Positions 1 through 9,604 of a DNA stretch of 64,000 bases are shown in pieces. The position numbers and the translations under genes were made by a program. Source of the stretch: Candidatus Saccharimonadota bacterium (lineage in GTDB: Bacteria; Patescibacteriota; Saccharimonadia; Saccharimonadales; AQU-01); the NCBI GenBank assembly GCA_037137935.1, contig JBAXJI010000003.1:3383-67382 (forward strand). The letters run 5' to 3'. The notes beneath the pieces were generated by a model. The model searched no databases, was not told where the DNA came from, and saw nothing but the letters and a program-made list of their open reading frames with translations. How positions within the stretch are numbered: position 1 is the stretch's first letter; each line of letters opens with the position of its first letter.

Positions 1-219
1 GGCAATACAAGAAATTCTAGTATTAGTTGTAAAGCTCCAGCACGTAGAGTAAGGGACGTATGCATTAGCTACTATGTTTTTTGGAGAGTTGTGTATGACA
101 GTATAGGTAATTACTGAAAATAATAATGCAGCTGTCAGTATACCTATAATAAGTTTAGAAGGAGACGATATTTTGATTGAGGTGTTGGGGTTTTTACTAG
201 ACTTATTTTTTTGTGCCAT
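1..219 (-). CDS. hypothetical membrane-anchored protein, N-terminal part only (gene runs off the left edge)
   Basis: Reverse-strand ATG at 219-217 opens a frame that stays open to position 1 (MAQKNKSSKNPNTSIKISSPSKLIIGILTAALLFSVITYTV...). It has a basic N-terminus followed by one hydrophobic helix. It is absent from the ORF track because it has no stop inside the window. Confidence 0.4.
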   Translation of the reverse strand, partial: MAQKNKSSKNPNTSIKISSPSKLIIGILTAALLFSVITYTVIHNSPKNIVANAYVPYSTCWSFTTNTRISCIA

Positions 220-375
220 GTTCTTAATACCTAATAGCTCATATATTATGCTTATGTTAGCATATTTTGCTCTTGGGTAATATACCCTAATCAGCATAGT
301 ATTTTTTGGTATCAATTAATTCTTGGTTTGTACTCTGGTCAAATCATGCAAAAACGAGTAGAATAGGTAAAAGAT

Positions 376-1809
376 ATGAGCACTACAAGTCACACGCCAA
401 ACGTGCCGTTGACCAAATACAAACGGACCAAAATTATCGCAACTCTCGGGCCCTCTACCGATAGTTTTGAGGCTGTAACTAATTTGATTCATGCTGGCGT
501 AAATGGTATTCGGCTAAATTTTAGTCATGGTAACTATGAAGAACGAGTTAAGCAAATCAAATGGATAAGAAAAGCCAGTAAAGAATACGGCAAGCCAATT
601 GCTATAATTCAAGATTTACAGGGTCCTAAAATACGACTAGGTGATTTCGAAGGCATAATTAACGTCCTAACTGGCCAAAATCTTAGCTTTCAGTACAACT
701 CTGACTATGAGAGATCTGGTATTATCCCTGTCCAATACGACATAAGTAAAAAGGTTAAACGAGGCGAGAGCGTTTATCTATATGACGGCAAAGTAAGAGT
801 GACTGTTACTAGCGTCAAAGATGGAGTAGTACATACGGTTGCAGAAAACGATGGCATCCTGATAAAGCGCAAGGGCATGAACTTACCCGACACCGACTTT
901 GGTGGCGATATTATTACTGAGAAAGATAAAGCCGACTTGGCGTTTGGCTCTACTCAAGATATTGATTATGTGGCTCAAAGTTTCGTACAGACCGCAGAAG
1001 ATTTGCGAAATATGAGGAAGTTAATGAAGAATCTTGGCATGACAGCCAAGCTGATAGTAAAGTTCGAGACTCGTTTGGCTGTAGAGAATATTGAAGAAAT
1101 CGTACAAGAAACCGACTTGATAATGATTGCTCGTGGTGACTTGGCTGTAGAAACGCCAGCCGAAAGTGTGCCGATAATACAACGCAAACTTATAGCTTTA
1201 GGAATTAAATACGCTAAGCCAACCATCGTCGCTACACAAATGTTGTTTAGCATGACAGAGTCTCCTGAACCGACTCGAGCTGAAGTTTCTGATGTAGCTA
1301 CAGCAGTTATTTTAGGCGCCGATGCAGTAATGTTGAGCGACGAAACAGCCAATGGTCGTTATCCTATCGAGGCTGTTAAAGTCATGAAGAGAGTTATCTT
1401 ATACACTGAATCGAACGACCCTGAGGCTATGTTCTCTCCTATGGCCCAAAAAGAAATGTCCAACCAGTCGGCAATATCTTCAGCCATTATTAATCTTGCT
1501 TATGATATTTGTGCTCACGCCATTATAGCCGAGACAAAATCGGGTGCTACGGCTTTGCATATTGCATCTTTCCGCCCACGCACACCAATAATCGCCGTTA
1601 CATCTGTTGATCGTACCGCACAACAATTAGCTATAGTTTATGGAACTAAGAGTTATGTGCGCCCAGTAAATCGATTGGCCGCCAATAAATTAACAGATTG
1701 GCTTCACACCAAGAAAGTTCTAAATAAGGGCGACACTGTAATAATGGTGTCTGGTCAATATCCTGGAGTTATCGGTACAACTGACACAATAAAAGTCAGA
1801 GTACTTTAG
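376..1809 (+). CDS. pyk: pyruvate kinase
   Basis: 477 aa. Family signatures present: RTKIIATLGPS, NGIRLNFSHG, IMIARGDLAVE, MLSDETANGRYP. Confidence 0.93.
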   Translation: MSTTSHTPNVPLTKYKRTKIIATLGPSTDSFEAVTNLIHAGVNGIRLNFSHGNYEERVKQIKWIRKASKEYGKPIAIIQDLQGPKIRLGDFEGIINVLTGQNLSFQYNSDYERSGIIPVQYDISKKVKRGESVYLYDGKVRVTVTSVKDGVVHTVAENDGILIKRKGMNLPDTDFGGDIITEKDKADLAFGSTQDIDYVAQSFVQTAEDLRNMRKLMKNLGMTAKLIVKFETRLAVENIEEIVQETDLIMIARGDLAVETPAESVPIIQRKLIALGIKYAKPTIVATQMLFSMTESPEPTRAEVSDVATAVILGADAVMLSDETANGRYPIEAVKVMKRVILYTESNDPEAMFSPMAQKEMSNQSAISSAIINLAYDICAHAIIAETKSGATALHIASFRPRTPIIAVTSVDRTAQQLAIVYGTKSYVRPVNRLAANKLTDWLHTKKVLNKGDTVIMVSGQYPGVIGTTDTIKVRVL

Positions 1810-1863
1810 TCCGTAAAAAATTCTAGTATATAATCTTATATATTAGATAAATAAGGACTAAAT

Positions 1864-3030
1864 ATGTTTACCAAGAAAACTGTCCATGATATTGATGTAA
1901 AGAATAAAACTATTGTCCTTAGGGCTATGCTTAATGTGCCAATAAAAGACGGTAAAGTTGGCGATAAGATGCGCTTAAAGGCGGCGCTACCTACAATCAA
2001 TTATTTGATATCAAAAGGTGCGAAGATTATTCTGATTAGTCATCATAGTCACGAAGGTCAAAGTTTGGAGCCTGTGGCTGGAGCTTTGTCAGAGTTAGTC
2101 GGTCGTCCTGTTGCTTTTGCTAGCGACTGTATAGGAGAGGTTGCGCTTGCTGCTGTTAAGGCGTTGCCAAGTGGTGGATTGTTAATGCTCGAAAACTTAC
2201 GATTTCATCCTGAAGAAGAAGCTAATGATGAGGAGTTTGCGCGCACTTTGGCTAGTTACGGTGATATTTATGTTAATGATGACTTCACTACTTGCCACCG
2301 CAGTCATGCATCTCTAGTCGGCATCCCTAAGTTTATACCTGCTGTAGCTGGACTAGAAGTTGAAGAAGAAGTAAACACCATCACTAGTAGTATCGATAAT
2401 CCAAAGCGACCACTAGTGGCAATTGCCGGTGGTGCAAAGATTTCTACAAAAGTACCGATAATTTCGTTTTTGTTAGATAAAGTTGATGTTTTGTTTGTTG
2501 GTGGTGCTATGGCAAATACGTTTTTGTTAGCCAAAGGCCTAGAAGTCGGTAATAGCTTGGTTGAGCTGGATCAGGTAGAGACTGCCAAGCAGATAATAAA
2601 ATCTGCAGAAGAAAAGGGTAAAACGCTATTGCTACCGATAGATGTTGTTGTTACTACTGATGTTAAAGAAGCCTTAAATGTTAGAGTGATGCTTACCGGT
2701 GATGTTGGAATCGACGACATTATTGCAGATTTGGGGCCTATGTCTGTACTACAACTGAACGAAGCTATAAAGCCAGAAGGTAGTGTGATTTGGAATGGCC
2801 CAATAGGTATTGCAGAACAAAAAGAATTTGCCAATGGCACAGAAATGGTTGCGGAAGAGATAATTTCTAGTGGAGCGTTTAGTATAGTTGGCGGCGGAGA
2901 TACTGCTGATTATGTTGATGGTGCTGGTTTGGCAGATAAATTTGGTTTTGTATCTACTGGCGGCGGAGCTAGCCTTGAGCTAATGAGTGGCAATACATTG
3001 CCCGGAATAGCCGCTCTCTTAGATAAGTAA
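1864..3030 (+). CDS. pgk: phosphoglycerate kinase
   Basis: 388 aa. Motifs RAMLNVP, LENLRFHPEEE, and the C-terminal STGGGASLE. Sits between pyk and tpiA. Confidence 0.93.
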   Translation: MFTKKTVHDIDVKNKTIVLRAMLNVPIKDGKVGDKMRLKAALPTINYLISKGAKIILISHHSHEGQSLEPVAGALSELVGRPVAFASDCIGEVALAAVKALPSGGLLMLENLRFHPEEEANDEEFARTLASYGDIYVNDDFTTCHRSHASLVGIPKFIPAVAGLEVEEEVNTITSSIDNPKRPLVAIAGGAKISTKVPIISFLLDKVDVLFVGGAMANTFLLAKGLEVGNSLVELDQVETAKQIIKSAEEKGKTLLLPIDVVVTTDVKEALNVRVMLTGDVGIDDIIADLGPMSVLQLNEAIKPEGSVIWNGPIGIAEQKEFANGTEMVAEEIISSGAFSIVGGGDTADYVDGAGLADKFGFVSTGGGASLELMSGNTLPGIAALLDK

Positions 3031-3105
3031 TGCCAGTATTGATTAGTAGTTTGCGACTTTATGGCTAAGTCGAGTACAATAAGCATAGTAACGGTAATGC
3101 TTAAA

Positions 3106-3903
3106 ATGAAAAGAACACTAATAATCGGCAACTGGAAAATGAACCTGAATACTTCTCAGGCCAGTATTTTGGTACACAGACTCGAAGAAAGAATCAAAAA
3201 TCACACAAATATTGAGGTAGTGTTGGCGCCAAGTATGCTTGTTCTTCAGCCATTATCCACCCAGATAGACCGCAGGAAGTTTCGTTTGGCGGCGCAGAAT
3301 GCTCATCAAAAAGACGAGGGTGCATACACAGGCGAAGTGTCTTTTGCTATGCTTCGTGACATAGTGCATTACGCAATCATTGGGCATTCCGAGCGCAGAA
3401 TATATTTTCATGAAAATTTAGACACGATTCGCGACAAAGTTGCCGCAGCTGTTCGTAATGGGATTACTCCAATTTTATGTGTTGGAGAGTCGCAAACAGA
3501 ACGCAATGCTGGCGAAACTAAACGGGTAATACACGACCAATTAGTTACTGCAGTTAGCAATCTAACAAGTGCAGAAATCGAAAATATGGTAATAGCATAT
3601 GAGCCAGTATGGGCGATTAGTACATTTGGCGGTATTCTAGCAAAACCTGACGACATAAAAAAAGTCATGGATTATATTCGTCACCAAGTTAGTGAACTAT
3701 ACGGCAAGAAAACTTCAGAACTAGTTCGAGTTATCTATGGTGGAAGCGTTGACGACCATATCGCTGGAGGTTATCTCGAAATTGAAGGCTGTGACGGAGT
3801 GTTGGTTGGTGGAGCTAGCCTGAACTACCATAAATTTAGCGGAATTGTTGATGCTGCTATCAGAATTCATAATAAAAATGGAGACGAACAAAATGGCCGA
3901 TAA
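3106..3903 (+). CDS. tpiA: triosephosphate isomerase
   Basis: Motifs IIGNWKMN, AIIGHSERR, ILCVGE, VIAYEPVWAI, YGGSV. The track ORF starts at 3061, but the conserved N-terminus begins at MKRTLIIGNWKMN (ATG 3106; ATG 3097 is also possible). Confidence 0.9.
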   Translation: MKRTLIIGNWKMNLNTSQASILVHRLEERIKNHTNIEVVLAPSMLVLQPLSTQIDRRKFRLAAQNAHQKDEGAYTGEVSFAMLRDIVHYAIIGHSERRIYFHENLDTIRDKVAAAVRNGITPILCVGESQTERNAGETKRVIHDQLVTAVSNLTSAEIENMVIAYEPVWAISTFGGILAKPDDIKKVMDYIRHQVSELYGKKTSELVRVIYGGSVDDHIAGGYLEIEGCDGVLVGGASLNYHKFSGIVDAAIRIHNKNGDEQNGR

Positions 3904-4561
3904 ACCTGAGAGACCAGCGCAGAAATTTTTTGACGTATCGCACCCAGGCAAATCAACTCCAAGTTCTACTTCTAGGCCTACGATTGTCGGACATCATACT
4001 ATTTTGCAGGATCCAATGGTTAATGCGGATCACGAAAACGAGGAAGCTATTACAAACACAAGTTCAATTGTTAGCCGAGTATCGACTACTAATATTGTTC
4101 CTTCCGACGAAGCTATAGCCGGATATAATTCTACAGAAAAAATTGAAGATACCAGCAAACCTAGCGTTGAAGACGTAAAAGAAAAAGTTGAAGATGAGCC
4201 ACAGGTAGATGAGCAGAAAGCTGAAGAGCCGGAACTGATTGAACCAGAAAGCAAAGATCCTGCTGAAGAGACTAGTGATATCCAGATGCAATCGACCGAT
4301 GGCACAAATACTGAGGAACAGAAGAAGGTCGAAAAAGAGACAAAAGAAGATATCGAAAAACAAGAAGCTATAGATAAATTGATAGCCGATAAAACTTATT
4401 TTGCGCCAATAGCTGGAAATAAGGGCAATTCAGCAAAACGCAGCTTTGTTATGCCGATTGTTGTAGCTTTGGTGGTAGTTTTTGTAGCCGGTTACTTACT
4501 GATTGATAGCGGAATTATCAAAACATCAGTCAAACTACCAGTTAGTTTTTTTAATAAATAA
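3893..4561 (+). CDS. hypothetical acidic protein with C-terminal transmembrane anchor
   Basis: GGAG at 3881-3884 lies 8 nt before ATG 3893 (MADKPERPAQKFFDVSHPGKS). A long E/D/K-rich low-complexity middle is followed by the C-terminal hydrophobic helix MPIVVALVVVFVAGYLLI. Overlaps the tpiA stop by 11 nt. Confidence 0.6.
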   Translation: MADKPERPAQKFFDVSHPGKSTPSSTSRPTIVGHHTILQDPMVNADHENEEAITNTSSIVSRVSTTNIVPSDEAIAGYNSTEKIEDTSKPSVEDVKEKVEDEPQVDEQKAEEPELIEPESKDPAEETSDIQMQSTDGTNTEEQKKVEKETKEDIEKQEAIDKLIADKTYFAPIAGNKGNSAKRSFVMPIVVALVVVFVAGYLLIDSGIIKTSVKLPVSFFNK

Positions 4562-4645
4562 CCAATCAACTTGAAGTAACATCTGGTTGGTAAATAGTTC
4601 ATTCAACAACAGATTATAGTGCTTATATTTGGTAAACTAAAAGCT

Positions 4646-6829
4646 ATGCTTAATTCACTTACTGAAGGTCTAAACCCTGAACAACAAAGAGCCGTGCTAA
4701 CGACAGAAGGTCCGTTACTTATTCAGGCCGGAGCTGGGTCTGGCAAGACCAAGACTTTGACTCATCGTATCGCTCACATTATTGCTAGTAATAAGGCGAC
4801 TCCGTATAACATTCTGTCGGTTACTTTTACTAATAAGGCTGCCAAAGAAATGCGCGAAAGAATTTACGGACTAATGCAGGGGCTGGAGCATAAAAGAACT
4901 TACGAACAGGTTGATGAAGTTCAGGTTCCGCGTAATTTCATGCCATATATGGGAACATTCCACAGTATTTGTGTAAAAATATTGCGCCAAGACGGCGAAC
5001 ATATAGGTATTCCGCGCACCTTTGTTATTTTTGACGAATCTGATCGCCAGACTGCTGTTAAACAAGCTAGTCGACGGTTAATGTTAGATGAAAAAACCTT
5101 TCCGGCTAGGCTATTGTCTGGTTTAATTAGTGGCGCCAAAAATGAACTTATTCCACCAGAAAGATATTCTGGTAATAGTCCGGCAGAGACCTCGGCGGCC
5201 CAAGTTTATCCAATATACGAAAAGATTTTGCGAGATGCTGGTGCATTAGACTTTGACGACCTAATCGGTAAGACTGTTAAATTATTGCAAGACAAAGAAG
5301 AGATAAGACAAAAGTGGCGAAACCAATTTAGCTACGTAATGATAGACGAGTATCAGGACACTAATACTGCTCAATATAAATTAGTAAAATTACTTGTTAG
5401 TGACAAGCACAATATTGCTGTAGTGGGTGACGACTGGCAGAGTATTTATAGTTGGCGAGGTGCTGATTTTCGAAATATTTTAAATTTTGAGAAAGACTAC
5501 CCTGGCACTGCGATTATTAAATTAGAGCAAAATTATCGTAGCACCAAGAATATTCTTGATGCTGCTCACTCGGTAATAACCAAAAACCATCAGCGCTCTG
5601 ACAAAAAGCTTTGGACATCTGAAGAGGCGGGCTTGCCTATACAAATAGTTCCGGTTAGTAGCGAGAGGGCCGAGGGCGAAGCTATTATTCGACGGATACG
5701 AAACGGAGTAGATTCTGGGCAAAGACGCTATAACCATTATGCAGTTTTGTATCGAACAAATGCTCAAAGTCGTTCTATAGAAGAGGCCTTTATTCATTAC
5801 GGTATTCCATATCGAATTGTTGGTGGCGTGAGATTCTATGATCGTAAAGAAATTAAAGATCTAATGGCTTATTTGCGTTTAATATTCCAGCCTGAAGATC
5901 GCATAAGTTTTGAGCGAATAGTAAATATTCCTACCCGTGGTATTGGCGGTAAGTCTGTCCAAAACTTTTTATCTTGGCAGCTGTCACAGGGGCTAACATT
6001 GCTGAGCGCACTTGGCAGCGTTAGTGACTGTGAAACTCTTACGCCAAGGGCCAAAAAAGCATTATTCGAACTAGGTGAAATGATTGAAAGTTTGAGAGAA
6101 GTTATGGTTGACGCTAGTGTTACCGGACTTATCGATACTTTAATCAGGAGAATAGATTATTTTCGCTTTCTGGACGATGGTAGTTTGCAGGGTGAATCTA
6201 GACAAGAAAACGTGCGGGAATTAGTTAGTGTTGCTAAGGAATATCAGGATCTCGGATTGGACGGATTTTTGGAGGAAGTTGCGCTAGTTAGCGACCTTGA
6301 TAATGTGCAATTTGGCAATAATGTCGTAACGCTGATGACGCTACACGCTGCGAAAGGTTTGGAGTTTCCTGTTGTGTTTATGGCGGGAATGGAAGAGACG
6401 ATATTCCCACATTCTAGAGCGCTTTATGACCAGTCAGAAATGGAAGAGGAGAGACGGCTTTGTTATGTTGGTATGACCAGAGCTATGACAGAGCTCTATA
6501 TGCTACACGCTAGTAGTCGTATGCTTTATGGTGGCGTTCAACACAACCCGCCATCAAGGTTCCTGAGTGAAGTAGATGGTGATGTTCAAACCGGAAGTTC
6601 ACTAGAGCTTGGCTTATCTGGTGGAGCTCTAGGCTCTCAATTCTCGGCCTCTAGCGCGCCTGCAGAGCCACGATATGTTCCTGATTTGAATGAAGGTGAT
6701 AGTGTAAAACATCAGCTATTTGGAGTTGGTACTATAATGGAATTGAATGGCGAAGAAGCGGTTATATACTTCAAGGGTAAGGGGACGAAAAAGCTAAATA
6801 TTGGCTTTGCTCCTCTAGAGAAACTTTAG
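4646..6829 (+). CDS. pcrA: ATP-dependent DNA helicase PcrA/UvrD family
   Basis: SF1 helicase motifs: AGAGSGKT (Walker A), MIDEYQDTN, LEQNYRS, TLHAAKGLEF, VGMTRA. The track ORF begins at GTG 4619. The conserved start MLNSLTEGLNPEQQ is at ATG 4646. Confidence 0.9.
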   Translation: MLNSLTEGLNPEQQRAVLTTEGPLLIQAGAGSGKTKTLTHRIAHIIASNKATPYNILSVTFTNKAAKEMRERIYGLMQGLEHKRTYEQVDEVQVPRNFMPYMGTFHSICVKILRQDGEHIGIPRTFVIFDESDRQTAVKQASRRLMLDEKTFPARLLSGLISGAKNELIPPERYSGNSPAETSAAQVYPIYEKILRDAGALDFDDLIGKTVKLLQDKEEIRQKWRNQFSYVMIDEYQDTNTAQYKLVKLLVSDKHNIAVVGDDWQSIYSWRGADFRNILNFEKDYPGTAIIKLEQNYRSTKNILDAAHSVITKNHQRSDKKLWTSEEAGLPIQIVPVSSERAEGEAIIRRIRNGVDSGQRRYNHYAVLYRTNAQSRSIEEAFIHYGIPYRIVGGVRFYDRKEIKDLMAYLRLIFQPEDRISFERIVNIPTRGIGGKSVQNFLSWQLSQGLTLLSALGSVSDCETLTPRAKKALFELGEMIESLREVMVDASVTGLIDTLIRRIDYFRFLDDGSLQGESRQENVRELVSVAKEYQDLGLDGFLEEVALVSDLDNVQFGNNVVTLMTLHAAKGLEFPVVFMAGMEETIFPHSRALYDQSEMEEERRLCYVGMTRAMTELYMLHASSRMLYGGVQHNPPSRFLSEVDGDVQTGSSLELGLSGGALGSQFSASSAPAEPRYVPDLNEGDSVKHQLFGVGTIMELNGEEAVIYFKGKGTKKLNIGFAPLEKL

Positions 6830-6947
6830 ATATAAGTTGTGCGCTTTTGTTTAGCGGTGTGTACTTTGATACAATGTAGTAACTAAAGAGCAGACCTATG
6901 GCAGATACTGAATTCCGTAATTCTTAAGCCCTCAGCTGCTAAATATT

Positions 6948-8222
6948 ATGAAGATATTCAAGAAAAAATACATCAAAGGCAATAAAAAAGGATTTATTTT
7001 GTTGCGTCATCATCCTTTTATAGTTCCTGTGCTAACTTTCTTGGTTTTGTTTGGTCTTACTGCAGCAGTATTCGTGCTGACTGGTGGTGAATCTCTTAAG
7101 CTTGCTAACTCACACTCAGTAATAGTCACGCATGATAGGGTTAAGCAAACAGTGCCGACTCAAGCAAATAATGTTGGGGAGCTCCTAAAGAAGCTGAATA
7201 TAGTACTGAACGAAGGTGATATCGTCGAGCCAGCCGTTGATTTTCCTATCCTAGAAGACAATTTTAGGATAAATGTTTACCGGGCTCATCCAGTTACTAT
7301 CGTAGATGGAGACCATAAAGTGCTGGCTTTTAATGCTGCTGCTACACCAAGATCTATCGCAGCTAAAGCCGGTATTACAGTTTATGCAGAAGACGGTATT
7401 ACTTCACAACCGTCTGACGATATTATTAACGAAGCAATTATCGAGAAAATAGTAATAGACAGGGCAGTGGCAGTTAATTTGAACCTTTATGGTACGCCTG
7501 TAACTATCAGGAGTCACGCTAATACGGTTGGTGACATTTTGACGGAAAAGAATGTAAAGCTCGCTAAAGATGATGTTGTGTCTCCTGATGTCACGACGCC
7601 TATTACTTCAGACATACAAGTTTTTGTAACTAGAAACGGTACACAAATATCTACTATTGAAGAAATTGTCGGTTTCGAGACTCAAACTGTGGATGACTCA
7701 AGTCTCTCATTCGGAACTACTGCTGTGCGTCAAAATGGTGTTGAAGGCAAGAAGCTAGTAACTTATCAAATAAATCTAGTAAATGGAGTTGAGGCGTCAC
7801 GAGTAAAAATACAGGAAGTTACAGCGCTTACTCCAATAAACAGAATTATTGCTAGAGGCCGGGCTATCTCTATACCTGCCGACAAGACCGAGATAATGGC
7901 TGCGGCTGGGATAGCCCCGTCCGACTATCCATATGTCTATTATATTATTAATCACGAAAACGCATTATGGTGTCCTACAAGGTGGCAGGGTCAGTTTACT
8001 TGCCCGTCATACTATGCAGAAAAGTACCCAGGCGCAGAAACAGTCACGACTTTAGGTTATGGACTGTGTCAGTCTACGCCAGCGATTAAAATGTCTTCGG
8101 CAGGAGCTGACTGGCGCACAAATGTGGTTACTCAAATGAAGTGGTGCACAGATTATGCAATGCGTCGCTACGGTACTTGGGAGGCAGCCTATAACTACTG
8201 GGTTGCACATCGAAATTGGTAA
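6948..8222 (+). CDS. membrane-anchored DUF348/G5-domain cell-wall protein with lysozyme-like C-terminus (RpfB/YabE-like architecture)
   Basis: N-terminal TM helix, then repeated about 50-aa units of DUF348 type. A G5-like block (VRQNGVEGKKLVTYQINLVNGVEASRVKIQEVTALTPINRIIARG) follows. The C-terminus IINHENALW...GYGLCQSTP resembles transglycosylase-like domains. Confidence 0.65.
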   Translation: MKIFKKKYIKGNKKGFILLRHHPFIVPVLTFLVLFGLTAAVFVLTGGESLKLANSHSVIVTHDRVKQTVPTQANNVGELLKKLNIVLNEGDIVEPAVDFPILEDNFRINVYRAHPVTIVDGDHKVLAFNAAATPRSIAAKAGITVYAEDGITSQPSDDIINEAIIEKIVIDRAVAVNLNLYGTPVTIRSHANTVGDILTEKNVKLAKDDVVSPDVTTPITSDIQVFVTRNGTQISTIEEIVGFETQTVDDSSLSFGTTAVRQNGVEGKKLVTYQINLVNGVEASRVKIQEVTALTPINRIIARGRAISIPADKTEIMAAAGIAPSDYPYVYYIINHENALWCPTRWQGQFTCPSYYAEKYPGAETVTTLGYGLCQSTPAIKMSSAGADWRTNVVTQMKWCTDYAMRRYGTWEAAYNYWVAHRNW

Positions 8223-8260
8223 GATGCTTTCGTTATAAACTTCTAAACTGCTACAATTAA

Positions 8261-9088
8261 GTGTATATGAGGAAAGACATCGACACAGCTTATGCGAAAG
8301 TTTCAATCGGCCAGCACTGGTTAGATGACGAGCGGTCGCTGGAAGCCATGTGTGCAGGGGCAGACATCAAGGCTGGCGATCATGTGCTAGAAATTGGTCC
8401 TGGTCACGGCACACTTACCAAGAAGTTGATAGATCGAGGCGCCTTTGTGACTGCCGTAGAAATCGACCTTGACCTGACTTATGAATTAAAGGGTAAGTTT
8501 AGTGGCGATAACTTTAGACTTTATGTCGGCAGTATTCTTCAGTTTGACTTTAATACGCTACCTAAGGGATACAAAGTAGTCGCTAATATCCCATACTACC
8601 TAACTAGTAATTTACTTAGACTGTTATGCGAAAGCACTAATCCATTTTCTTTTGCGTCATTGCTAGTGCAGAAGGAAGTAGCCGAAAGAGTTGCGGCAAA
8701 GCCTGGAGATATGAGCTTGCTTAGTGTTAGCGTGCAGTTTTATTGCAATACTGGAGTAGGTCCTGTGGTGCCTGCCAAGTTGTTTTCTCCACCACCAAAA
8801 GTCGACTCTCAAATACTATTGCTTGAGTACACCGGTCCAAAATTTGTAGATGTTGATCGTAAACAGTTCTTCCAGCTAGTTAGAGCAGGCTTTAGTGAAC
8901 GACGCAAAAAGTTGATAAATTCTCTCAGCGGGGGCTTTAATATATCGAAAAAAGACGCCAAATTATTACTAGAGACTGCAGGAATTGATCCTCATAGGCG
9001 AGCACAAGAGTTGTCCTTGATCGACTGGCACAATCTGTATAAGGTAGTGCAGAATTCAAAAGCTCCACCCGCACAAATATATACTTGA
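8261..9088 (+). CDS. rsmA: 16S rRNA (adenine1518/1519-N6)-dimethyltransferase
   Basis: SAM-binding VLEIGPGHGTLT, plus ANIPYY, FSPPPKVDS and FSERRKKL. ATG 8267 is an alternative start. Confidence 0.9.
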   Translation: MYMRKDIDTAYAKVSIGQHWLDDERSLEAMCAGADIKAGDHVLEIGPGHGTLTKKLIDRGAFVTAVEIDLDLTYELKGKFSGDNFRLYVGSILQFDFNTLPKGYKVVANIPYYLTSNLLRLLCESTNPFSFASLLVQKEVAERVAAKPGDMSLLSVSVQFYCNTGVGPVVPAKLFSPPPKVDSQILLLEYTGPKFVDVDRKQFFQLVRAGFSERRKKLINSLSGGFNISKKDAKLLLETAGIDPHRRAQELSLIDWHNLYKVVQNSKAPPAQIYT

Positions 9089-9121
9089 CGTGTTAAGTAT
9101 TAATATATAGAATTATTCGGT

Positions 9122-9580
9122 ATGAGGCCCATTAATAATACTGGCTATCTAATGCAGAGATTATCTTTTCTGCTAGCTCGTCAGTCGGATCAAATACTGC
9201 AAGAACAATTAGGGATTGGTCATTCACAGTTTAAAATTTTGATGGTGTTAGGCTGGGATCCAAATATTGGACAAAAGTGTATCGCTGACAAATTGGGTCA
9301 GACAGAGGCAGCCATAAGTCGCCAGATTAAGTTGCTTAAAGAGCTTGGCATGTTAACGAGCGAAATTAATCAAACTAATCGCCGAGAGCATATAACAGTG
9401 CTGACAGCAAAGGGGCAGCGGCTAACCGAAAAGGCGCTAGAAGTGCTGAACAGTTATCATGCACCAATGTTTGAGCTATTAAGCGACAAACAGAATGAAC
9501 GATTGCACGAAAGTTTATCGATAATGCACGAGTACGTCTGTAGAAACGAAAAACCGGGCATCAAACACGGACTTGAATAA
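9122..9580 (+). CDS. MarR family transcriptional regulator
   Basis: 152 aa. Winged-HTH segment IADKLGQTEAAISRQIKLLKELGMLTSEINQTNRREHITVLTAKG. Directly precedes an MFS efflux-type gene, the classic MarR-pump pairing. Confidence 0.8.
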   Translation: MRPINNTGYLMQRLSFLLARQSDQILQEQLGIGHSQFKILMVLGWDPNIGQKCIADKLGQTEAAISRQIKLLKELGMLTSEINQTNRREHITVLTAKGQRLTEKALEVLNSYHAPMFELLSDKQNERLHESLSIMHEYVCRNEKPGIKHGLE

Positions 9581-9604
9581 AAATAATAGAGAATAGGGAT
9601 AAAA

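Noticed and set aside
975-1352. Antisense or overlapping ORFs from the six-frame track. Examples: 975-1352(-), 2304-2534(-), 4030-4363(-), 9907-10221(-), 31151-31480(-), 32595-32978(-), 45339-45581(+), 47704-47913(+), 62112-62963(+), 63093-63443(-).
   Set aside because: Each lies fully inside, and opposite to or out of frame with, a gene that has clear family motifs. Their translations are low-complexity (S/T/I/L/F-rich) shadows with no motifs, and none has its own intergenic space.
3061-3105. Long N-terminal extensions offered by the ORF track. Starts at 3061, 3845, 4619, 19173, 24910, 31089, 32791, 58791 and 63229.
   Set aside because: In each case a downstream ATG coincides with the conserved family N-terminus and/or has a better Shine-Dalgarno spacing. 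The extension also overlaps the upstream gene or a divergent promoter region. Trimmed coordinates are used, and the alternatives are noted in the evidence.
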